Numbered from the stretch's first letter, positions 49,724 to 63,823 are shown. The stretch: 64,000 nt of DNA from Tricharina praecox (GCF_024521635.1 NW_026250419.1:620001-684000), one strand, 5' to 3'. The notes: a model not told the origin generated them from the letters alone. Translations and numbers: made by a program.

Positions 49724-52202
49724 ATGGAGTCCTCGGTCGCATCGTCCTCGTCCGCCCTCCCTGCCACCGCCTCGGCAAGTGTCGTGACCGCGGCGTTGAA
49801 CCCAGCCCACGGCTTCCGCGCTCCCTCAATGGCCTCGATACCCCGCTTCTTCGCAAAGATGGCGTCGCTCGGATACGTCGGGACCGCCGCCGAGCCCGTT
49901 ATCTCGCCGATCCCTGCCGCCGCCGAAGCTCTGACCACCAACGCGACGTCTCTCGCCGCTTCCGCCGCTTCCGCCGCTGCCGAAACCGCAGCCAACACCA
50001 CCGCCACAGATTCGTCGTACACCCTTGGAGGACACGTGCGCAACATGGGAAGCGTGTTGACCTACGCGACCAGCAAATGGGCGATACAGTGTCTCTTCAT
50101 GGTAGCTTCCTCACGCCTCTTCCCACCCTTACTCGCGGCCTGTGTCTCTCTGTTCCGTGTTGACTTCTCGCGCGCGTGGGTGACGCATAAAGACGGTTCT
50201 GTTGAACCGCACGTTGATCTATGCCTCGCTACGGCGGCCGATCCGGCTACCGTTTAAGATGCGCGCAGCCATGCGGATCATCCCGATCACCATGCTTGTC
50301 TGGCAGGTGTGGCACATGATGTACGCGATGCGCTGCCAGACGTCGGTGAACTTCCAGCGCGGAGCGAGCGAGAACGGCGCCGACGTGCTGTTCCATGCTA
50401 TCGGCAAGGCGGGCTCGTTCTGGCTCGACGACCGCTCCGTCTGTGAGGCTATCGGAATGATCCCCGACGCGGAGTGGATCGATATGGCGTCCACCGCAAA
50501 GGATCCAGAGGAGAAGGTGCCCCCGCCGAAGGGCTCGCTGGATACCCTGTGGCCCCTGTATAAGACTCTCTCCCTGTCGCAGTTCGTCGAGGTGTTCTGC
50601 TGCTCGCTTATGGGCAGGATTCCGGTCGCCGAGACGGGAATGACGTTGCTGGAGCACTCTCTGGCGTTTGCTGAGGCCGAGGCACAAGCGACACGTAAGA
50701 CTTACCGTCTCGAGACCACCAACTCTAGCAAGAGTGCGAGTGAGGCGGAGGACGAGGGAGAGGGTGAGGACGAGGGCGAGGCGGAGGATGCTAGGGCGGA
50801 AGAACTGGAGGAGACAAAGAACGATGTCAAAATCTTCAAGATTAAAGGCGAGAAGCTGGTTCCATCGGAGGTCCTTTACATCGCCATCCTCTCAGCCATG
50901 TCACACATTACCTCGCATGTGCTGGCCATATTCAATCTGCAAACAAGGTACCGTCTGCTTGCCACAGGTTTCTACGGTATGGCTTTCCTGTTGGGTTTCG
51001 CGGTTGCCCTCTACTATAGCGGCGCAGCCGGAATTCTCAACTTCCCCACTGTCAGCGTTGTCGGATTCATCCCGCACCTCCTGATTTTCGCCGCGATCTC
51101 GGGATGTGGCGCAATCTATGGAATGGCACTGATGGTCTCCTCGCTCTTCACTCCGTCTGGGAGAATAAGCTTCTCGGAGGGCTTCAACAACCTGCGGGCC
51201 AACCACACCGTCTCCAGCACCGTTACGGTATCCCTTAGTGAGGACTTCTACACTGTTTTGTTGAAATTCGGGTACGTATGTCTTACCGCCGCAGCGGAAG
51301 CAACATACCTCAACGAAGGCCGTGCGGTTCGTGTACCGGCCGTTACCTGGCTCGAGGGCGAGCGGCAGAAGCTACTGGATCACAGGAACCGCGGGAATAT
51401 GGCGGGACAGTTCGCGACCACCGGGAAGGGTGGAGGACCATTCGCCATGGAAAGGAAGGACTTTTCGGGGGTGGTCGAAAGCGCGAAAGACTTTCGGCGG
51501 CCGATGGGAGGACGGTGGATTGGTGCGGGAGAGTTGTTACGGGGTGTACTGGCCGTAGTGAGCCGATGGGGTTTATTCGCTGCAGCCAAACTGCTTCGCC
51601 GAACAACAATAGAGGGTGAGCCTGACGCCACGTCAAATCTTTCCGATAACGACGAGTTAGAAGACGAAGACTACGCCCCATCTGAAGATGGTTCTGGTTC
51701 ATCTTCTTCCTCTTCCGAAGACGAAGCCGAAAACGAAGGCTCCGGCCGTTACAGCCGTGAACAGTCCCAAGAACCCCACCGCTCTAGTCGCTCCAGTCGC
51801 GAAGCCACCCCGCTTCTCGACCCCATGCGTCTCGCCGCCCTTCTGGACCCACAATGTCCCGAAGACCGTGCCTCGGCGCGGCTCCTCGCGCGACACCTGG
51901 CTGCTCCAACACCTCTCACACGACGGCAATACTCGGCTACTCAACTATCGGGAATAGCGGAGGAGGCGGCGCTAGAGAGTATTCTCCTGCACCGGCGAGG
52001 GGAGAGTACATCGTCGGAGACGGAGGCGGGCGCACCTCTGTGTGTAGTCTGTCAGAGCGAGCCACGGACGGTCATTGTGTGGCCATGTAGGTGTCTGAGT
52101 CTTTGCGAAGATTGTAGGGTCTGCCTTGCAATGAATAACTGGAGTAGTTGTGTGACGTGTCGAGGGAAGTGTGTGGGTTACTCGAGGGTTTATGTTCCTT
52201 GA
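49724..52202 (+). CDS. Membrane-bound RING E3 ubiquitin ligase, Asi1/Asi3-like, ~795 aa
   Basis: Exons 49724-50101 and 50193-52202. Features: YATSKWA..LLNRT, ETGMTLLEHSLAFAEAE, several hydrophobic TM segments, and a C-terminal RING CVVCQSEPRTVIVWPCRCLSLCEDCR...CVTCR. Confidence 0.88.
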
Positions 52203-52595
52203 GTTTGTCTTTGTGCATGGCGGATGTTTGGTCGGGTTTGGTCTAAATTTGACTTGCTTTGATTGGCGACTGTCGATATCTTCTTTGCTTCTTTTTTTCT
52301 CTATGGATCATATATCTCTAATTGTTGCGATTATTGTTTTTCGTTTTCGTTTCGTTTGGCTAGGTAGATCATTGTGTAGATGTGGAGTTGCATCGCCTGT
52401 TTGTTCATTGCCAAACTTTGGTTCAGCAAGCTAGGCTGAGAAGTCTGTAAATATCGTCACTCGCACGTATTGAGATGAGGCTCACCGCCTCCACATTAAT
52501 TGGCCTATCCACAAACGAGCATGATCAAGAAAAGAAGACGAAAAAAGATATAAAGTCATATCGTATCATACCCAACGCCCCAGCCAGAACCATCC

Positions 52596-53314
52596 TCAAC
52601 CAATGGGCTTAGTCTTCTGCTTCTTCTTCTTCAGACCGCCCTTCTGAAAGTCCCTCCAGCTATTGATGCGATTGTCCCTCGTATTCTCCCATGCCTGCTC
52701 ATTCTCACGCTTCCTCTTCCTTTCCTCGATCTCCATCTCCGCTTTCCTCTGCTCCCGTCCCTCCTCGGCCAACTGCGCCTTCATCTGCTTCCTCCTGCGC
52801 AGCTCATTATCGATCAAGACCTCTTTACTCTTCTCCCTCCAGTCCTTCGCAAACTCGGGCGACTTGAGCTCTGGCGTATCAACCGTCCACTTTCGCTCGC
52901 GGATCAGCAGCATGCGCGCATCTGCGATCGCCTCGTCGAGCCGCTCGCGCTTCTTCTCATCCATGAGCTCGGCCTGCGCCTTCTTCAGCCGGTCAAACGC
53001 ATCGGGCGCCAATGGGTTCTTGGTCTTGTCCGGGTGGATGAGCAACGACTTCCTCCGGAAACAGTTCTTGATGTCGCTCTCGGCTACGCCAGGCTGCAGG
53101 TCGAGAATCGCATACGCGTCGAGCTTGAACGCCGACAGGATCCGCGCTATCTCGGCATCCTGTGCACACAGGGTTGGGTCAGTGCGGGTTGGGAGGGTTG
53201 GGTGGGGATGCGCGGGGGAGGGGGGCAGCCGCGAACCTTGAGGTACTCGCCCGCCTCTCGGTCGAGGTCCGCGAGGATGTCTTTGTCGTCCTTGTCAACT
53301 CCGTCAGCAGCCAT
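52596..53314 (-). CDS. spf31: J-domain protein, DNAJC8/Spf31-like, ~213 aa
   Basis: Exons 53314-53237 and 53159-52596. Contains EIARILSAFKLDAYAILDL, the HPD motif (KSLLIHPDK) and C-terminal WENTRDNRINSWRDFQ. Confidence 0.9.
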
Positions 53315-53608
53315 GAGGGCGGTTAGTGAGTGTAGAGACCTTTTGTCGGGTTAGCGGTGGGTGATTAGGTGGAGGTGTTGGAGGTGTGTGTCGAGGCGTG
53401 TGTCATGGTCCCAATGGTGGGAAAGGAGCGAAATCCAGTGAAGTGGGAGCTCGGTAGAGTTCGCCGCTAATGGCTTCTTGGCTTGGCTCCAACTAGTACC
53501 CTAGTCGTGGTGACACCAAACTTTCTGCCTCCACGACACGCGGATAGACACGCGCAACCCACCTGCAATCCACCTCCACCACACAGCCACCACTACAGCA
53601 CGGCAAAG

Positions 53609-54516
53609 ATGGCAATGGCCGACAGACGACGAATAAACGGCCCGAGCAGCACAACCACCACCCCAGTGTTCCTCCCATCACCCGCGCAACCCCCAGCGCG
53701 CTGCGCACCCACAGAGCTCCGCAAAATCTGTACACCCTCTCACCACCCCACCATCCCCGCCCCGCACTAACCCCCACCCCTGTAGTCCTCAAGACCTCCC
53801 TCACCCCTCCCGCGACGGGCAGCGCCTTCCTCGAGCTCAGCCTCCCGAGCACCCTCAAGCTGACCGCAAGCGTGTACGGACCCCGGCCGCTCCCTCCATC
53901 CGCCGTCTTCTCCCCGCACGCATGCATCACAGCGGAGCTAAAATTCGCGCCGTTCTCTACGCTCGGTGCGCGGCGGGGCTATGTGCGCGACGCGCTGGAA
54001 CGCGACCTCTCGGCGCAGCTGCAGGTGGCTCTCTCCCGCGCCATAAAGACCGCTGCCTACCCGAAGTCTGGCATCGACGTCTTCGTTACGGTACTCGACT
54101 GTGAGGGCGCCATTGATGATGAGGGCTTGGGCGCTATGCAGGCGCTCGCTGGCGCGATCACCTGCGCGTCGGCTGCGGTTGCGGATGCCGGCATCGAGTG
54201 TGTGGATCTGGTGAGTGCGGGCATTGCGGCGCTCGTCGAGGTGCCCGGGGATGAGGGGTTGCTCACGGTATTGGATCCGAGCCCGCTTGATGGCTATGAT
54301 GTTAAGGCTGCGGCGTTGGTGGCGTATATGGCCGGTAGAGATGAGATCTCGCTCTTGTGGGTTAGGGGGGAGGTCGAGGGAAGCGTGTTTGACGGCGTGG
54401 TGGACAGTGCTGTGCAGGTGGCTGCGGGCGTGAGGGCGGTGGTCAATGAGGCGGTTAAGGAGCGAGTGGTGTTGGCGGTGAAGGCCGGTACGGCAGATGT
54501 GGATATGAGTGGATAG
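53609..54516 (+). CDS. MTR3: Exosome complex RNase PH-like subunit Mtr3, ~283 aa
   Basis: Exons 53609-53729 and 53786-54516. N-terminal DRRRINGP, then GSAFLE, VYGPRPLP, ELKFAPF, YPKSGIDVFVTVL, ITCASAAVADAGIECVDLV. Confidence 0.9.
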
Positions 54517-54918
54517 AAGCATGGATGGTGGGAGAAAATTGGGCTGGCTTTCGGAGTTGGTGGTTGCTTTGTGTTTGTTAATGCTATCTGGATGACCTGG
54601 TGCGAGATTGACGATCAATTTCCATAGCGATTGGCTGGATGGTAATGACTCTCTCACCGCCGATACTAGCCACCTACTTTACCATCGAAACACATTTGAT
54701 AGCATATGGCAAAAATCATGGAAGATGAATATGAAGCCCTTCACTCTGGAGCACTCGATTCGCTCTCCACATGGCCGGCCGGTCGAAGTAGATTCTGAAA
54801 CGGAGAAAATATACGCCGCCATGGGCTTCACGGATTGAATGCGAGCACGATGAAACAAAAAAAAGACCAAGCAAATTCAAAGAGAACTCAAATTTCCTCA
54901 GAAGTGCATGTACGCTAT

Positions 54919-55932
54919 CTACAAATATTTCTTGATGACCTCCTCGAGACCAGCCTGATCCAGCGGCTTGATGCCCAACAGCGCATTGCTATCCCTACCT
55001 ACATTGCTTCCACCGTATCCCTCGCCAAAGATAGCCCTAGGAATCAACTGCACGTACCCACTAGGGTCGCCGTTCGCAATCTTCTCATTCGCCTCCTTCT
55101 CGATCTGCTCGGTGCTGACGACGGTGGTCTCGATTGGCACGCCCAGGAGCTTCTCGTACGTCTCGGTCAGATGCTTCAGCGTGAGCTGCGCACTGTAGAT
55201 GTACAACAGCTTGTTCTTCGTCTCCTCGGGGTGGTGCAGGATCCCCACCACCGATTGCGCAATGTCGCTCAGCAGCGAGGCGGCGAACGGTCGCTCGCCC
55301 CCGTCGAATAGCGTCGACGTCTTCGTCTTCGGGTTGGGGCCAATGAAGCCGACCTTGATACCTACACGTAGCGGCATGCATCAGTCACCACATCCCAACA
55401 CGTACCTTTTTGGAGAATAGGTAGGAACAAACCCCAATCCAAAAACGCGCCCGGCGTAATCGCGCTCCAAGTAATCCTCCCCTGTGCGGCCAGCTGCTCT
55501 AGCTGCTTCCTTACGACGACCTTTCCCGCGAACACCGCGAGGCCCGCAGACTTGGGATTATCCAGGTCGCTCCCGAACTCGGAGGGGATAAACCGCTTGA
55601 CGCCCGCCTCCACCGCCGCATCGATCACCTGTTTTTGCGCGGCGACGCCCGGCGCGCCCACGGTCGAGACTACCGCGTCGATGCCCTGAAGCGCGCTGAC
55701 GAGCGCAGAGTGGTCAGAAAAGTCGACGGCGATCAGTTTGCCGCCTGATGGTGGGGACTTGTGGATTGACGAGGTGGGCCGCGCGAGGATCGTGACGCTG
55801 AGTGAGGCGTCTGCGAGCAGCGCGGTGAGAACGGGAACGCCGATGTTGCCGGATGCCTAAGGGGTTAGCTTGGTGCTTGTGAGGGGGCGAGTGACTTACT
55901 CCGATTATGGCGACGTTGCTGAGGATTGCCAT
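54919..55932 (-). CDS. NmrA-like / isoflavone reductase-like NAD(P)-binding oxidoreductase, ~299 aa
   Basis: Exons 55932-55900, 55856-55433 and 55361-54919. Rossmann motif VAIIGASGNIG, plus ALQGIDAVVS, AAVEAGVKRFIPSEFG and GAFLDWG. Confidence 0.92.
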
Positions 55933-56065
55933 TGTGTTGTATTGCTTTAGTTGGACTTGGGATGGGTACTGAGGTGTTGATGAAGCTTTAGAGGTTGTTT
56001 GAGCTGAGCTGGTGATGTTGATGATGAGATGATGAGATGATGATAGCTCGTGGAGTTCGCGGGAC

Positions 56066-56072
56066 TTATATA
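56066..56072 (-). promoter_or_regulatory. TATA box (TATATAA) of the NmrA-like gene
   Basis: Lies ~135 nt upstream of ATG 55932 and is followed by a C/A-rich leader. Confidence 0.6.
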
Positions 56073-56552
56073 CCCAGATAACCGTCCTCAACTACAGCTC
56101 GTCATTCGCTCTATAGCAAATATGAAGCTATTATCACGCGAGAGCACGACTGTCAACCAAACCATGTGCATTCCGATTAATACTCAGCATGTTACAAATC
56201 GCAAATCGTAAATTCGCAGCTCTCAGCTATGCTCGGTAATCCCCCAGCAAATATTAGAAATCTGACGGATGAGGAAGATCTCCTGCACTACTATATTTCC
56301 AATCGGTGCATGTTACTATCTCCGGCGTCCGCAGAGCTTAAAAATGCGAATCCGAGCACCCCACTTATCTGCCCCACCTATGGTATCTACCCCACATTCT
56401 GGTGATAGATATGTGCGCCCATAAGGTGTGAACTCTGGACTCTGGAGGTCCGAGCCGGAGCGGAGTTCCGCTATTTTAAGCGTACATAGCAGCTTAAATC
56501 CGGCGACGCGACCAAGCGCCACGAGTGCTCTTCCATGTCCCACATTCCTTCC

Positions 56553-56560
56553 CACGTGAC
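56553..56560. promoter_or_regulatory. E-box CACGTGAC (Cbf1-type bHLH consensus) upstream of URB1
   Basis: Exact GTCACGTG on the - strand ~150 nt upstream of the URB1 ATG. A single short motif that could occur by chance. Confidence 0.3.
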
Positions 56561-56711
56561 CCGGCAAACGCCGCTCCCTACTCTCGGGGGAGAAAAAAAA
56601 GTTCAGACAGAGCAAATGAACCCTAGCAAAACCTCACGAAGCTCTCAATCACGAACGAGAAGAGAAGGAAGGAAGGAAGGAAACCAACAACGACGACGAC
56701 CAGAGAGCGAT

Positions 56712-59700
56712 ATGGCACCCCCGCGACCCACGAAAAAACGACGCACAGATGTCGCCCCCACCAACGCGCCTGCTCTGGCGGGCCCGATCGGGAATATCAG
56801 GGCGCTGCAGAGCGCTATGGCCGACTACAGCGGGGCTGGTAAGGCGCGCGGATCCGGGGGGGGCATTGGTGGAGTAGGGAGTGGGTGTTGACATGCGCGG
56901 TGGCTATAGGATTGAAGGCGGTGAAGGACTTTCTGTTCCGGTGTTCGAAGGGGCCGGAGGTGGAGGAGTTGGAGGCGGCAGCGAATCGGAGCATTTTGAA
57001 GCAGTACCTCGAGACGCAGACGAAGGAGGCGCAGAAGGAGAGCGACGATGCAGAGAAGGAGTCCTCGGCGTTCGCGGAGGTCGTGCAGATCTGGAGTTAT
57101 GCTAATCAGGTATACACCCCCGGAGTTCTTTTTTGTTGTTGTCTGCGAGAGGGCGAGGGGAATGTGCGCTGATCTGACGCTGCGCAGAATAATTCTATCA
57201 ACTTGCTGTCGCTGGTCCCGGCCACAATGGCGAACCTGGTCCGGATATGTTCGTACCACGAGGAGGAGTTCAAGAACTACGGAACAATCCTCATCAAGAG
57301 CCTGCTGCAGCCGACGACGTTGAAGATCATCTACCGTGGGTTGACGGGGAATAAGGACAAGGTCGTGTCGCCATGTCTGCGCCTATTGACGGAGATGAAT
57401 CGGTTCAACTTTGGCGCGATGTGCGGATTCGTCCACTCGACTATAGACTTCACGATCAAGGACTTGCCGCGGAATTTGGAGGTGAAGGGAGGGGCGAAGG
57501 CTACCGTTGAGGAGATCGGAAGACCGTCAGTACGGACACAGTTTCTGAGGTTCTTCTTGTCGTTCCTGCAGAATGGCGAGCCAAGTGTTCGGAATGAAAT
57601 GATGGGATTGAGGAGTTGGATCACGCCGATTTTCAAGCACCTGAAGACGGATACGCCGGAGATCATAAACGACTTGTTGACATGCTTCACTACGAGGGTG
57701 TTGGACGAGAAAGAAATCCCGAGAGCTACAAAAACGAATGCCTTCAATGAGTGGATTCTGGCACACATCCTGGAACTGTACACCCGCGAAGAGACCGTGA
57801 AGACGTCAAATGCTGGAAAAGACATCGAAAAACCACTGGCGGACATTGCTCACGAGTTCCTGATGAGCGTTTGCACCAAACGTGGGAGCGGAGCATGTTT
57901 CCCGGACCATGGATGGTATCCACCTGGACACATGGCGGACGAGGAAAAGCGGAAGTCTGCGCCAAAAGTGTTCAACCGGATATTATCCTCATTATTAACG
58001 CATATCCGACCGTATGCGAGCACAATGCAGCTCGACCTAATGCTGGATATCTTGAAGACGTGTCCAGAGCTGGTGGCTGACTACTTTCTGTCCAACTGGA
58101 GCTTCAGCTTCGATCCAAAACTTACATCTACTTGGATTGGATACTGCACGTTCTTGCACTCCACGATCACCCTTCCAATACCGGAGAATTTTGGAGCTCC
58201 GGAAGCTCAAATACTTCCACCTCCCACCAATGTTATTGTCGAGAACGTCCTGCCGAAACCACTTACCAAAGCTATTATGTCCAAGTGTTTGACGCACGAG
58301 AACAACTTCATCAGGTTCTTGGCTACAAGGCTTCTCATCAGTGCTTTCCAGAAGCTGCGGAGTGTCCTCAAGGCACTCGACGAGGCGGCGGGTTCTGTAC
58401 ACGATCCGACAGAGACATGGAAGAGGTGCAGATTTGACGTCATCGAGGAGTTTTGCAAGCGCATCCCAGATGCATCGGTGGTGAGCAACATTGCCGGAAA
58501 GACATCGGGTGTTTTGCAGACTGAAGCGAGGATGAGACTTCTTGCGGAATACTATACTACTATTCCCGAGTTGGCCTTGTCCGGTAATTATGATGTAAAT
58601 GTTGCGCTGAGCAACTTCCTCGGGAACGAATTTGAGGACCAAAAGGGCATGAAGCAACTCGAGATGGGACACTTGTTGCAGATCGCGACTGAGGTTCCGG
58701 ATGTCAAGTGGTGGAACAAAACTCGTAAGTGCGCCTGCTGCCGATGATGAATCAGTGCAGAGAGCTTACCCAAAAATAGCTGCTATGAAGCATTCACCAT
58801 TCGTGGCTATTTTGAAGCGATGTTGCAGCACTGCTACAAATACTTCCCAGCGACAGGTCCGGACGTTACTCCATTCTTTTGCTTCCACCAGTTACCTCTT
58901 CCAGGCCGAAACATCGGCGTCGCCACTAGATGCCCTGCTGGAGAGTTTATCCACCCTTGAGGATAGCGGCGATTTGGAAGCGATCCTCTCCCTCCTAGAC
59001 GAAGTCGTGGCACGATGCATCCGTGGACCATTCAAATATCTGGACGACTACGCTGAGCTTGCAGCAGAGATCCAAAAACAGAAGCCAGAAGCCAGTAACT
59101 TTGCACCAGTCAGTCCGTTGGTCATGACACTCGTAGAACAGTGGAAATTCTTCATGCAGTCGAAGGATCACTCCAGCCAACAGAAGCTCGGTGGCGTCCG
59201 GTGGTTGCTGCGACTCCTCGAATCCTGCGCAGTTTTGGGCGAGAACAGATTTGTCCTTGCGGTTTTGTGCGACAGAGTTGCCAGCTCTGGCTCGACTGAC
59301 GAAAGTATCCCGAAACTGAAGAACTACTTGCAAGAAGGAGACCAAGGCCTGGAAATCGCACCTAATGGGGGACGTGAATATGACAGCGCCGTGGGAGTTC
59401 GCGATATGTTTACTCGTTTCCCTAATCGCAGGATAGACGTACAGATGATCGCGTTGCTCTCGGATGGCGTGCTGCATCGTAGAATCGAACCATCGCTGTT
59501 CGACCTCGCTGTCGTGCAGAGGGCGATCACGGAGGTTGCTGAGAGCCGGAATATCAGCACATCCAAAGCCGCCGCCGTTATCACCCAGTTAAACGAATTG
59601 ATGAAGTACGTTGCCTTTCAACTCATGGGCCAGGGAGAGAAAGTGGCTGGGACAACGAAGACTCTCGTTACGAAGGAGGGCGCTTGTATCCCACTGTTCT

Positions 59701-62373
59701 TGAATACTTCTGTTCCAGCAGAAAGGCTCTCTGCCGTGGTGGCATTATCACATGGTTTGTTTGAATGTTTTCCGTTCACGTTTTCAGAGTGCTAACAATA
59801 CGGTAGGATACGCCGAATTGCTCTCTACCGTCTCCGAACAGAGTGATTCTGCCCTCGAGTCCGTTAGGGAAATCTTCACGAGTTCCTTGCCCGGATTTTT
59901 GTCCAAGTTTGCAGCTTTGTCGGAAGAGGACCTGTCGAAGGTACGATAATCTGGTTAACCCTCTCACATTCTTTCGTGGTGCTAATTATGCCTTAGGTTC
60001 TCTTCATTTATCGCACTATCATCACGTTGCTCTATTCCCCGGAAGATGTCAGTAACCTGGCGGAACGCCTCTCTTCCGAGAGTTCCCTGATACGGGATGA
60101 AACAGTTTCTCAACTGTTTGCTTTCATTCTGCACCGATCTGCGGAACGTGGAGATATCATCGGCGCCAATGTCATCCACCGTCTGCTGAAGGCAAAGACT
60201 ATGTCTAGTCGTGTCTCTTCTGCTCTCGTGGCTTACATCTCGGCCGTCGATGCGGAAGAACTTCAAGGGATCAGTTATTATAAGGCGGCAACACCGGAAC
60301 ACACAGCGGTTGTGTGCGCGATGATTCCCAAGGTGGAAGTCGTTCGTAACAAATCGCTGGCCCAACTGGAGAAGAATCTGCAGGCCGGAAACACCGTGCA
60401 GATGCTTTCCGAGTGCTTCTCGGCGCTCTTGCAAGCCTACTCGGTTGCAGGTGAAGGTGATGCAGCGTATACTTGGGCGGAATCCGCCGACGAGGAGGTG
60501 AAGACCAAACTTCAGCGCATCTTCGAAGCTACTCAGAAGGAATTACTCGAGTCGGCGCTGGACCTCACTCAAGTGAATGTTCTTCTGAGGGCTGCCTCGC
60601 TATTCCCTTCCCTGGATCGGGAGCAGGTTCTGAAACACATTGCCACTGACCGTAAAAGAAGCGCGTTGACGGAGAATACGGTGGCCTTGGTCGGTGCTCT
60701 GCTTCAGGATTCGAATGATGCGGCCAAGCCAGAAATGAAGAGGTGGTTCTTGATGGTGTTTGATTACCTGACGAGGCGCTTTGCGGAAGATGCTGTGTTG
60801 ACCGGCAAAGTGGCCGCGTTTGCGAAAGCACTGGGTATGTGAATCCTTCCTCTCTACCTGGATTATTTTACTGACAGCTGGTCCAGGTGGACTTATTGCA
60901 CGGAAGGAGATCAAACTCGAGAATATCATCCCGAAATCGACATTGAACGCAGTTTTGGAGGCAGGCCTGGAAAAGCACATCAATGTCCCGGAGGTTGTTT
61001 ACTTGGCTGTCAACTTGGTCTCGCTGTCGTCGCAAAAGTCACTTAACCTCGCAAAGCTCCTGCAGATGGTCCTTGGACACACTGACAACCCGCTTGCCCA
61101 GCGGGATACGATCTATGAGGCAGAGGATATCCACCATCACGTTGCATTCCTCATCTCGAAACTCTTCCTTGCTGGCAAGACTTCACTATGCAACATCGGA
61201 ACGATGAATGGTGTCATGGCGCTGTACCGCGGAACTAACGGCCACATCGACGGCCTTCTTCTCATGATCATCACTTATATCGAGGGTCATCTGGCGCGCA
61301 GTTGTGCTGCGAGTGTAGCATCTTGGTCGGTTTCGGAGAGCACTGAGAAGCCACTCATTTCCAACGTTCGCGGCCGGCTGGAAGTCGTGGTCAATGCCAA
61401 GTTGCTTGCGAAGAGCGTCTTCCATCTCACCCCCGTCACCAGCAGTGCTGAGATTGAATCCCTTGATTCGTACCTCGCGGGCGTTAAGGACAATACTACA
61501 CCTCTCGGGAAGGCGTACGATCCTCGTTTCATGCTTCCGGCGATCACATTTTGCTTGGTGTCTACTGCGCACATCATAGACGCCCAAGCAGCCATTGAAA
61601 GGAACTGTGTTGCATACGCTATGGCGTGCCTTTCATCCGAAGATGCCAACATCCGAGAAATGGCTACTCGATTTCTCAGCTCTGTGGTGTCGAAGCTCGA
61701 AGAATCACCGTATCGCAACAAGACACAAATCAGCCACTTGATCTTGGGACTTCTTGCTTCCTTTTCTTCTCAAGAAGAAGAAACGAAGAATCAGCCACTC
61801 CCATCAGCCATGGGAATCTTCCTCGCGCAAGCTTCTCAAGTCCTCGCCAATCCTACCCACTTCCTGTACGAGAAGGTGATGGAGCTCCTCCTCCGCGGTC
61901 CCCTGCTGCAGTTACACGACCTCCCACTCATGCTCAGCACACTCCAAGTCGGCGAGGAGCACCACAAGGAGGTGGCCTGGATCCTCAACATCCTAACCGC
62001 AGGCCTCAAGACGGAGAAAGACCTGGTACTCTACCGCAAGCGCAATGTCTTCGGCAACGTGTTGAACCTGTACATCTCGCCCAACTCTACCGACCACGCA
62101 AAGGAGCGGGTCCTAGGATTGCTATGGAACGCGGCGGCGATTGAGGGCGGCGGCACGACACTCATCACCAGGAACGGCGCTATCGCTTGGATCGAGCAGA
62201 TGCTGGGCGTGTCGACTGGCGAGGACCTGATGCTCAAGAGGCTCGCGGCTAGACTGTGGGAGGGCTCGGCAAAAACTCATGTCAAGGAGTGGAGTCGCGG
62301 GAGTTTGAGTGCGCACTTTGTTGGTGATGGGGCTAGGCTGGGGGCGCAGATGGAGGTGGATGTCGAGACTTAG
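56712..62373 (+). CDS. URB1: Nucleolar pre-ribosomal-associated protein Urb1/Npa1 (60S biogenesis), ~1765 aa
   Basis: Seven exons (56712-56838, 56910-57109, 57188-58724, 58780-59754, 59807-59940, 59997-60834, 60887-62373) total 5298 nt. Motifs: PCLRLLTEMNRF, RPSVRTQFLRFFLSFL, CPELVADYF, FDPKLTSTWIG, YDPRFMLP, LANPTHFLYEKV, GGGTTLITRNG. Confidence 0.92.
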
Positions 62374-63792
62374 ATGCGGGCTACTTAGCAGTGATTTCTA
62401 TTTGTAAGATATATGTACGGCGATCCATGTAACTACCTGCGGCTCGGGAGCATCAATGGTAGTCAGGATGGAGTCTGGTTTTGTAGTTCCTGGTCTCGCT
62501 ACCGTCGTGCACTGATACAGAAATGTGGGGGGGAGGATGCTGATGACACCAACCGGAGGTTTTTGTTTAATCAGTATTTGCTTGCGACCTAAGTAGATCT
62601 TAAAACCGCCTAGTTGGTTTGACGCGGTACCGACTGTGACTGTTCCTGTTCGGTACCGGAAGGCCTAGTTACACTCATACCTATCGGAATAGCCAACGGT
62701 GCAGTTCCCTTCCGGTTCAGTGGGCGGTACATAGATCTATTAGGTATCCACAATGCTCCTATCGTGAGTAGTCACGAAGGAATCTACCACGTCCTAGGTA
62801 CATATCATACGGATGATAATGCCGGTGGAAAATTGGTCTGCTTCATGTAGATATTACTTGTTCGAGAGTTTCTAACCTGGGTATCCCACCTGAAGCGAAA
62901 ATATCTCGTCAAAAAGGCTTCAAATGTGCAAATACCTACCCCGTGTTTACATGTGTCCATGCTTCGTAAAGTGTTGAAATGTATGTACATTGCAGAGGCT
63001 GGATGAGATCAATTGGTGTCGTCGGTACCGCTTGGTCTTGGTACTGACCGTATGTGCCAGACAAAACTGATTGGCACCCCGTAGGTGCTTTCTTTGGTAC
63101 CAGGTAGGTATTTATATACCACACCGACCACTGTGGTAACCAGCTGCCCTTGTAACCCCAAAGCTTCCATCCGCTCCTGCGTGCGGCCAGAGCACCAGGC
63201 ATACGGTATCTATGGACGGAAACTATCCCGCCTCACACCCACTCCCAGTGCAGCAGCGGCGCGGAGGAGGAGGAGGAGGAGGGCGAGACCTGGGCAGTGG
63301 GTTCCACATTAATTGGGGAACGAAGATATACCGGTATCATACAATCGTAAGTGCTCGGAGGGTATAGCCGGAAGACAAAGTGCGGTGCATGCATACCATA
63401 TGTAGGCCAGTGGGCCTGGGGAACACAGTACGCACGCCTCGTTGGGAACCTCAAACCTTGGGGCCGGTGTTGGGAACTTGGGATTGAAGCGAGGGGGGGG
63501 ATTCCGGGTGTGCGTCTAGGTCTGGGGGACTGGGAGTCTGGGACTGGGACTGGGACGAAAGGGCCACCGCCGGCAGCCATGTGCCGTCCGACTGAGTGCT
63601 ACTGGGCCGCCAGTACTCTCATTGAGTATACCGTAGAACAGCAACGCACCCACCAGGCTCCAGCCAGCAAGATCGATCGCGCCGCCACGCCACGCCAGTC
63701 CCCAGCTGCTGGACACACGGACACACTGGTTTGCGTATATACAGCTACGTGCAGTTACAGCCAAGAAAGGCACTGCACAAGGGAGCGCCACT

Positions 63793-63823
63793 GCCCTTCA
63801 CCCTTCACCCTTCACCCTTCACC
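63793..63823. repeat. (CCCTTCA)4 short tandem repeat
   Basis: Read directly. Confidence 0.85.

Noticed and set aside
58037..58672. 211-aa minus-strand ORF inside URB1
   Set aside because: Antisense shadow of a long coding exon.
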